Positions 54,826 through 64,000 of a DNA stretch of 64,000 nucleotides are shown one piece after another. The stretch covers positions 588,061 to 652,060 of the forward strand of contig CAWHMX010000009.1 of NCBI GenBank assembly GCA_963830475.1. Reading direction: 5' to 3'. This stretch comes from an uncultured Solirubrobacterales bacterium. Its GTDB lineage: Bacteria; Actinomycetota; Thermoleophilia; Solirubrobacterales; Solirubrobacteraceae. Under the pieces are notes generated by a model, which worked only from the letters and a program-made list of their open reading frames with translations, did not search any database and was not told the DNA's origin. The first letter of the stretch is position 1. Each line of letters starts with the position of its first letter. Made by a program: the position numbers and the translations under genes.

Positions 54826-55956
54826 GAGGCTGTGTCAACTGTGAGACGCTGGTCGTCGGCGGCGGCATCACGGGTGTCGCGACGGCTTGGTATCTGGCAC
54901 GCGAGGGCGTCGACGTGATCCTCGTCGAGCGCTCGGAGCTCGGGTCGGCTGCGTCGGGCGCCAACGCCGGCAGCCTGCACGCCCAGCTGCAACAGGTGCC
55001 GTTCATCGAGCGCGGTGAGGCCTGGGCCCGCGCCTACGCCCCCGCCACCCGCTTCCTGCTCGACTCAATCGGGCTCTGGTGCGGGATCGGCGACGAGCTC
55101 GGAGAGGATCTCGAGGTGGCCATCACCGGCGGGATCATGGTCGCCGACTCACCGGACCAGCTGTCGATGATCGAGCGCAAGGTCGCGATCGAGAATGAGC
55201 AGAGCGTGGCGTCGGAGCTCATGTCTGCGACGGACCTGTGCGAGCTCGCCCCATACGTGGCTGACGGGATGGCCGGGGGCGAGTACTGCCCCGACGAGGG
55301 CAAGGCAAACCCACTGCTCGCGATGGCGGCCCTGGCGCGGGCGGCGGCGGAGAGCAGGCGCGCGGATCGTGCCGCGGACCGAGCTGCTTTCACTGGCGCG
55401 CGAGCACGCCGGCTTCCGCGCCTTGACCTCCGCCGGCGACATCACCTGCCGCAAGGTCGTCAGCTGCGGCGGAGTCGAGGCCGGCGCCGTGACCGCGATG
55501 TTGGGTGCCCCTGTTGCGGTCGGCGGCGAGCCGATCCAGGCGTATGTGACCGAAGCGGTGGCGCCGCTGATCGCGCATCTCGTCTACTTTGCCGGCGCGC
55601 CGCTGACGCTCAAACAGGCGCGCGTCGGCTCGATCCTGATCGGAGGGGGCTGGCCGGCACAACTGCGCGATCGCCAGCCGCTGGTGGATCGCGACTCGCT
55701 GCTAGCCAACCTCAGCGTCGCGACGCGGGTTGTTCCTCGGGTCGCGCAGGCCCGCTTGCTGCGCACCTGGGCGGGCTTCGTCAACGCGACCACAAGCTGG
55801 CTGCCGGTGATCGGCGAGCTTCCCGGATGCCCCGGACTGTTCATCGGGGCGTTCCCGTATATGGGATTCACGGCGGCGCCGCTGCTCGGCAGAACCTTGG
55901 CCGACCTCGTATGCGGGCGCCGGCCGCAGGCCGACATCTCCCAGTTCGCACCGTGA
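54819..55956 (+). pseudogene. FAD-dependent oxidoreductase, DAO family (beta-like subunit 2), disrupted by a 1-nt frameshift at 55353
   Basis: N-terminal half (MPRGCVNCETLVVGGGITGVATAWYLAREG..ALARAAAE) is in the frame of ORF 54723... The C-terminal half (AGARIVPRTELLSL..GGGWPAQL..FIGAFPYMGFTAAP..) is in the frame of ORF 55195..55956. Skipping A55353 joins them. Confidence 0.75.
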
Positions 55957-55966
55957 GGGCCGCGAC

Positions 55967-57370
55967 TCAGCGTGCGTCGGACCTCTCGAGCAGCGCGCCG
56001 ATCTCGATCGGCTTGACCGGCGGCGCCGGCGCAAAGCCTGAACGCTCGCCGAGCACCTGCCCGGTCCGGCGGGCGGCCATCGCGGCGATCACGGGTCCGC
56101 AGTAACGGCCCTGACAGGAGCCCATGCCGGCTCGCGTGACGCGTTTGATCGCGCCCGCATGTCCGGCTCCGCCGTCGAGCGCGCCCTCGACCTCGGCTCG
56201 GGTGACGCCCTCGCAGCGGCAGATTGCGGTCTCGGGCGCAGCCAACTCCTCCGCGTGGCGATGGGCCCGGAACACATCGTTGAGCCCGCGCTGGAAATGA
56301 CGGTGACGCGCGGCCGCCCGCGCGGCGTCGCGCCGTCGCCGTTCGAGCGCCCGGCCGATCGAGCCTCTCAGCTCGCGGACCGCATCCAGTCCGGCTAGCT
56401 CGCCCTGTGCCTGCGCGTGCCGGGCGCCACGGATGCCGGCTCCGTCTCCGACGACCCAGACGCGCTCACGCGACGTGGCGCCAAGCTCGTCGGCGACAGT
56501 CACCAGATCGCCGCCGAGGGGGGAAACCGCGTGTCTGCAGCCGAGCGCGCGGGCGATGTCCGTGGAGGCAGCGAAGCCGAGGCCCACGCAGACCGCATCG
56601 ACCTCGAACTCACGCTCGGTACCGGCTCGTGGACAACCGGTCTGACCGACGCTCATCACCAGCGCCGACCGAGCGCGGTCGGAGCCCTGCACCCTGACCA
56701 CGGCCGAGGCGTACATGAGCGGCACCCGCGCGCGAGCCAGCGTGGCGCGATAACGAATGCCGTCGCGGATCAGGCCGGGATCGGCGAGCGCCATCCGCGT
56801 CAGCGGGCGCAGCCGCCCTGGGCCCGGCGGCTCGGCGAGCTCCGCGACCCCGACAACGGTCGCGCCGCCGTCCACCAACTCGGCGGCAACCTGCATGTTG
56901 AGAGGTCCGTTCCCGGACACGAGGATCCGCTTTCCTGGCGCGACCCCATAGCTGCGCCAAAGCGTCTGCGCGGCGCCGGTCGTCATCACTCCGGGCAGCG
57001 TCCAGCCCGGGAACGGGACCCCGCGCTCGTAGGCGCCGGCAGCGACGATCAGCGCGTCGCAGACGAACCGCCAGCGAGCGCCGGCCGCGACCGCGCAGAT
57101 CGCGTCGAGTCCGAACGCGCCCCACACCTGAACGCCGCTGCGGGCGTCGACGCCCGCCGCGACCGTGCGCTCGATCAGCGCCCTGCCGGATGCGAACTGC
57201 GCATCCGTGGGCGGCCCAGCGCCGGCCGCCGCGGGCTGCTTGAAGTACTGGCCGCCGAGTTTCGCCCGCTCGTCCACGAGCACGACATCGAGACCAGCCT
57301 CGGCGGCGATGGCGGCCGCACTGAGCCCTCCCGGACCACCGCCGATCACGAGCAGCTCGCAGCGCCGCAC
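55967..57370 (-). CDS. FAD/NAD(P)-binding oxidoreductase with BFD-like [2Fe-2S] motif (alpha-like subunit 2)
   Basis: ELLVIGGGPGGLSAA..DERAKLGGQ.. and C-terminal ..ICRCEGVTRAEV..TRAGMGSCQGRYCG... Confidence 0.8.
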   Translation of the reverse strand: MRRCELLVIGGGPGGLSAAAIAAEAGLDVVLVDERAKLGGQYFKQPAAAGAGPPTDAQFASGRALIERTVAAGVDARSGVQVWGAFGLDAICAVAAGARWRFVCDALIVAAGAYERGVPFPGWTLPGVMTTGAAQTLWRSYGVAPGKRILVSGNGPLNMQVAAELVDGGATVVGVAELAEPPGPGRLRPLTRMALADPGLIRDGIRYRATLARARVPLMYASAVVRVQGSDRARSALVMSVGQTGCPRAGTEREFEVDAVCVGLGFAASTDIARALGCRHAVSPLGGDLVTVADELGATSRERVWVVGDGAGIRGARHAQAQGELAGLDAVRELRGSIGRALERRRRDAARAAARHRHFQRGLNDVFRAHRHAEELAAPETAICRCEGVTRAEVEGALDGGAGHAGAIKRVTRAGMGSCQGRYCGPVIAAMAARRTGQVLGERSGFAPAPPVKPIEIGALLERSDAR

Positions 57371-57377
57371 CCGCTCC

Positions 57378-57767
57378 TCAGCTACCGCGGGGGCCGGGGA
57401 CGGTCAGCCGTGCCCGTGCAGGCTGGCTGGAGATGTGCATGCCCGCGCGCGCCGCGGTCATGCACGCTCGCTGCGCCGAGCGGCCGTCGACCTCGACGAG
57501 GCATTCCTGGCAGATGCCCATCCCGCAAAAGACGCCCCGGCGCCCGCCCTCGCAAGTGTGCTTCAGTCCCGGTTCGCCGGCGGCGAGCAGCGCCGCGGCG
57601 ATCGTCCGGCCGCTGAGGATCGGGATCTCCCGACCGTCGAAGCTGAACGTCGCCGGCCGGTCATTCGGCCGTGAAGAGCGGAACGCCGAGCAGTTCGGTG
57701 TCGACCTCGACGCCGAACCCGGGCCCGGTAGGCGCGAAGCCGACCCCGAGCCGGCCGCGTGGCGCAT
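57378..57767 (-). CDS. (2Fe-2S)-binding small subunit (gamma-like 2); start problematic
   Basis: ..FSFDGREIPILSGRTIAAALLAAG..GVFCGMGICQECLVEVDG..RACMT... The only in-frame start (ATG 57767) overlaps the enolase-family gene by 107 nt. The ATGA-coupled ATG at 57664 is out of frame by one nt. Confidence 0.6.
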   Translation of the reverse strand: MRHAAGSGSASRLPGPGSASRSTPNCSAFRSSRPNDRPATFSFDGREIPILSGRTIAAALLAAGEPGLKHTCEGGRRGVFCGMGICQECLVEVDGRSAQRACMTAARAGMHISSQPARARLTVPGPRGS

Positions 57768-58767
57768 CGCGGGCGATGTGCTCGTTCGTCCAGTCGTTCA
57801 TGAAGGAAACCGTGAACAGCGACTCCGGAGGCGTGCTCGCGGCGAGATGGGAGACGGCAGCCGTGATCACATCGCCCCCCCAGGTGTCCTCAACCGTCAC
57901 GCGGAGGCCGAGAGCGACGGCGAGGTCACGCATCAGCTTGGCGCGGGTGAGGCCGCCCACCTTCGAGATCTTGAGGTTGAACGCCTCCATCGCGCGCTCC
58001 TGGTAGGCCCGGAACAGCGACCGGACGGTGTCGATGCTCTCATCGAGGACCATCGGCAGGGTCGTCCGAGCACGAACGATCAGGCACTCCTCGAGCGTTC
58101 TACAGGGTTGCTCGAGGAAAACACGCTCGAGATCGTTGATGGACCGAACGGCGACGACCGCGTCCTGCACCGACCAGCCGCCGTTGGCGTCGGCGACGAT
58201 CAGCCCGTCCGGCCCGATCGCGTCGGCGACACTCCGAACCCGGGCGACGTCGTCTCGCGGGACGTCTCCGACCTTGAGCTGGAAACGGTGAAAGCCTTCC
58301 GCCCGCCGCGCCGCGACGTAGCTGGTCATCTCCGCTGGAGCTGCGAGCGGTACGGCCGCGTATAGCGGTAGCTCGTCGCTGCGCCGACCGCCGAGAAGCT
58401 GACAGACCGGCATTCCGGTCGCCTTGCCAAAGGCGTCCCAACAGGCGATGTCGATCGCGCTCTTGGCGTAGCCGTGGCCCCGCAGCGCACGCTCCATGGA
58501 AGCTTCAACCGCTCCCAGGTTCGACACGTCAACCCCGACAACGGCCGGCGCCAGCTCGCGCAGAGCTGCCCGCGCGCCGGCGGCGTGGGCGGGAAGATAG
58601 GCGGAGCCGAGCGGGCACACCTCGCCGAAACCTTCGACACCATCAGTCGTCGTGATGCGGACGACGGTGCTCGGTAGCGTCTCGATCTCTCGACCAGCCG
58701 ACATCGCGAAGCGGCCATGGACATAGGTCAGGTCGTAGCCGAAGACCTCTACGCGCTCGATGTTCAC
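57661..58767 (-). CDS. Enolase-superfamily enzyme, mandelate racemase/muconate-lactonizing (MLE) subgroup
   Basis: ..FQLKVG.. (KxK), ..ADANGGW.., ..LEQP.., ..LDES.., ..NLKISKVGG... Start taken at GTG 58767 ([13 protein letters not shown]..). Start uncertain. Confidence 0.8.
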   Translation of the reverse strand: MNIERVEVFGYDLTYVHGRFAMSAGREIETLPSTVVRITTTDGVEGFGEVCPLGSAYLPAHAAGARAALRELAPAVVGVDVSNLGAVEASMERALRGHGYAKSAIDIACWDAFGKATGMPVCQLLGGRRSDELPLYAAVPLAAPAEMTSYVAARRAEGFHRFQLKVGDVPRDDVARVRSVADAIGPDGLIVADANGGWSVQDAVVAVRSINDLERVFLEQPCRTLEECLIVRARTTLPMVLDESIDTVRSLFRAYQERAMEAFNLKISKVGGLTRAKLMRDLAVALGLRVTVEDTWGGDVITAAVSHLAASTPPESLFTVSFMNDWTNEHIARDAPRGRLGVGFAPTGPGFGVEVDTELLGVPLFTAE

Positions 58768-58892
58768 TAAGAGGACATGATGCAGCCTGGAGAACCGAGG
58801 CGGGATCGAGGCCGGCGAGCGTCGGGGCACGCAGAATCGCGCGCGGCCGCCCGACGGTGTCGGCGGGCGCCCCCGGCTACATTGCACGCCGA

Positions 58893-59288
58893 ATGCCGAC
58901 GACCAACCAGCTAGTCAACAAGGGCCGCACCAAGCCCGCCAAGAAGCTCGCCACCCCAGGCCTGAAATCGGGCAAGGGTCGCAAGAAGAAGGTGGCCGCG
59001 CCCCAACGCCGCGGCGTCTGCACACGGGTTTACACGACGACTCCGAAAAAGCCGAACTCGGCGCTGCGGAAGGTCGCCCGTGTGCGGTTGACCAACGGCA
59101 TGGAGGTCGGCGCATACATCCCGGGCGAGGGCCACAACCTGCAGGAACACTCGGTTGTGCTCGTGCGCGGCGGTCGTGTCAAGGACCTGCCTGGATTCCG
59201 CTACAAGGTGATCCGCGGGACGCTCGACGCCGCCGGCGTCACGGACCGCAAGAAGGCTCGTTCGCAGTACGGGGTCAAGGCGAAGTAA
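58893..59288 (+). CDS. rpsL: 30S ribosomal protein S12
   Basis: [52 protein letters not shown]... ATG 58893 lies inside track ORF 58857... Confidence 0.95.
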   Translation: MPTTNQLVNKGRTKPAKKLATPGLKSGKGRKKKVAAPQRRGVCTRVYTTTPKKPNSALRKVARVRLTNGMEVGAYIPGEGHNLQEHSVVLVRGGRVKDLPGFRYKVIRGTLDAAGVTDRKKARSQYGVKAK

Positions 59289-59758
59289 TGCCACGTAGGG
59301 CAGCAGCGCAGATCCGGCCGGTTGAGCCGGACGCAGTCCACCGAAACCGTCTCGTTCAGCAGGTCATCAACAAGGTGATGCTGGACGGCAAGAAGTCGAC
59401 CGCCGAGCAGATCGTCTATGACGCGCTGGCGATTCTCGGCGAGCGGTCCGGCAAGAACCCGCTGGAAGTCCTGGAGGCAGGCGTCAAGGCGCTGACCCCG
59501 GTGCTCGAGGTTCGCTCCCGGCGCGTCGGCGGCGCCACCTACCAGGTCCCGGTCGAGGTACCGCCGCGTCGCGCCCGCACGCTCGCCGTTCGCTGGCTCG
59601 TCGGGTTTTCGCGCCAGCGTCGAGAGAAGACGATGGCCCAGCGTCTCGCGCACGAACTGCTCGATGCCCAGCAGCAGCAGGGCGACGCGTTCAAGCGCAA
59701 GGACGACATCTACCGCATGGCGCAGGCGAACAAGGCGTTCGCCCACTACCGCTGGTAG
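59288..59758 (+). CDS. rpsG: 30S ribosomal protein S7
   Basis: [47 protein letters not shown]... TAATG overlap with rpsL. Confidence 0.97.
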   Translation: MPRRAAAQIRPVEPDAVHRNRLVQQVINKVMLDGKKSTAEQIVYDALAILGERSGKNPLEVLEAGVKALTPVLEVRSRRVGGATYQVPVEVPPRRARTLAVRWLVGFSRQRREKTMAQRLAHELLDAQQQQGDAFKRKDDIYRMAQANKAFAHYRW

Positions 59759-59963
59759 ACGCACCCGCCGCGCATCTCGGCACCGGCCGGCGGCTGCAAA
59801 TCTTCGTCGCGCTGCGTCCTCGGCCGCTGGTAGAGCCACCTCAGAGGGGCGTCCGGGTCCATTTTGGAGCCTCTGATTTCGGCAGTTTGCCTGTTGAAAT
59901 TGCTATGAGCAGGGCTTTTCACGTAACAACATGTTCTTTAACTTCGGCGGCTACAGTTGACTC

Positions 59964-60025
59964 GCGCGAGGGTTGTCCCACTGCAGCCCCCGGTCCCGTG
60001 TGGTGGGCAGCCCTCGCGCTTTTCC
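59964..60025 (+). terminator. Long bulged hairpin with T-run in the rpsG-fusA spacer
   Basis: GCGCGAGGGTTGTCCCAC (59964-59981) pairs with GTGGGCAGCCCTCGCGC (60003-60019). About 17 bp with one bulge and a C-rich 21-nt loop, followed by TTTTCC. Confidence 0.45.
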
Positions 60026-60086
60026 GAACCCCTCAGGACCGAGTTGGCATCCCGGGGGCTCGCTGATTTGGCCGCGGGTCCTTTGC

Positions 60087-60233
60087 TATATTTCCGGTGC
60101 TGTCCGGGGTGGGCCTGCGCACTCGCGCGCCAACACCTCGGGCGAAGGATCTGCCCAATGGAGACGCTGACCGATCGATAAGACCTGCCCTGGCGACACC
60201 CGCGTCGTGATTGGGGCCCCATGGGCCCTTTTT
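60087..60233 (+). ncRNA. Candidate short transcript or fusA leader: -10-like TATATT to GGGCCC hairpin with T5 (unclassified)
   Basis: TATATT at 60087-60092. GGGCCC/GGGCCC hairpin at 60214-60228 followed by TTTTT (60229-60233), 52 nt upstream of the fusA ATG. Confidence 0.3.
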
Positions 60234-60284
60234 CACGCCCGGAGCCGGGACCGGCGAGCAGCCAAACACGAACGACAAACGAAC

Positions 60285-62378
<2,094 letters not shown>

Positions 62379-62467
62379 CAGAACCCAGTTGGACAGAAGT
62401 CCGATAAATTTTGAGGTTCGTGCGTTTTGCGAGCTAAATCACCTGAAAATAGAAGGAGCATCTGAAA

Positions 62468-63655
<1,188 letters not shown>

Positions 63656-63667
63656 GCAGTAGGTTGG

Positions 63668-63710
63668 GAGGGGGAGCCGAGCCCCGAAAGGCCGGCTCCC
63701 CCTCATTTTC
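63668..63710 (+). terminator. Rho-independent terminator after tuf
   Basis: GAGGGGGAGCCG (63668-63679) pairs with CGGCTCCCCCTC (63693-63704), 12 bp, followed by ATTTTC. Confidence 0.8.
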
Positions 63711-63795
63711 GAGCAGATACGACTACAGGGGCTCGACCCGAGCGGGGTGACCCGTCGGTGAGCCCTGAACGCAAAAGAGATTCAAAAGAGCACAC

Positions 63796-64000
63796 GTGGC
63801 AACCATCGCCCAAAACAAGATTCGGATCCGCCTGAAGTCCTACGACCACACGGCGATCGAGACCGCGGCAAAGGAGATCGTCGAGACCGCGACGCGCACC
63901 GGCGCGCGCGTCTCTGGTCCCGTGCCGCTGCCCACCGAGAAGAACGTGTATTGCGTGATCCGCTCGCCGTTCAAGGACAAGGACTCGCGCGAGCACTTCG
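63796..64000 (+). CDS. rpsJ: 30S ribosomal protein S10, N-terminal fragment (runs off the right edge)
   Basis: Read from GTG 63796: [68 protein letters not shown]. Absent from the ORF track because no stop lies within the window. Confidence 0.9.
   Translation, partial: MATIAQNKIRIRLKSYDHTAIETAAKEIVETATRTGARVSGPVPLPTEKNVYCVIRSPFKDKDSREHF

Noticed and set aside
39919-55956. Programmed +1 ribosomal frameshifting as the explanation for the five frameshifted genes.
   Set aside because: The five sites share no common slippery motif or downstream structure. They occur in unrelated gene families at unrelated positions. Mutation or sequencing error is far more economical.
25939-58892. Genomic island or integrative element between rpoC and rpsL.
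   Set aside because: I found no integrase, recombinase, transposase, tRNA or conjugation genes and no flanking direct repeats. Codon style looks like the core. The three palindromic repeats do not flank the block as a pair.
59759-60284. Identification of the rpsG-fusA spacer as RNase P RNA, SRP RNA, tmRNA or 6S RNA.
   Set aside because: Only loose local resemblance is present (e.g. GAGGGGCGTCCGGGTCCA versus the RNase P P4 strand GAGGAAAGTCCGGGCTCCA; GGTGCTGT versus the SRP 5' end). The other universally conserved blocks of those RNAs are absent. It is left unclassified.
62411-62440. Possible tuf-specific promoter TTGAGG-18 nt-TAAATC in the fusA-tuf spacer.
   Set aside because: Both hexamers are weak and the 18-nt spacing is suboptimal. 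The A+T-rich spacer may simply provide the strong RBS context. It is not supported well enough to list as a feature.

Overview
High-G+C bacterial chromosome segment (by eye about two-thirds G+C or more, not computed). Frequent GTG/TTG starts and the gene order suggest Actinomycetota; this is inference only. There are three parts. (1) 1-13.4 kb is housekeeping and accessory: an nhaA fragment, folP and folC flanked by two RibD_C/DHFR-fold reductases, an ECF sigma with a fused C-terminal domain, an MFS exporter, a Usp/LysR pair, methyltransferases, an HD hydrolase, a LacI regulator and a 2-hydroxyacid dehydrogenase. (2) 13.5-25.8 kb is the core array rpmG-secE-nusG-rplK-rplA-rplJ-rplL-rpoB-rpoC. 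It resumes at 58.9-64 kb with rpsL-rpsG-fusA-tuf-rpsJ. (3) The two halves are separated by about 33 kb of catabolic genes. These include an AidB-like dehydrogenase, an omega-transaminase, ald, and two paralogous modules each built from a three-subunit flavoprotein dehydrogenase, a DapA-like lyase, an SDR and an amino-acid ABC transporter. There is also an operon built around a divergent orphan GcvPA/GcvPB pair. Main observations: a roughly 43-nt palindromic repeat with three copies placed just after stop codons; a 526-nt structured rpsG-fusA spacer; five single-nucleotide frameshifts confined to 40.2-55.4 kb; and acidic tails on L10 and RpoB. I saw no tRNA, rRNA, CRISPR array, transposase or integrase. 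Internal start coordinates come from the ORF track plus codon counting and may be off where alternative starts exist.
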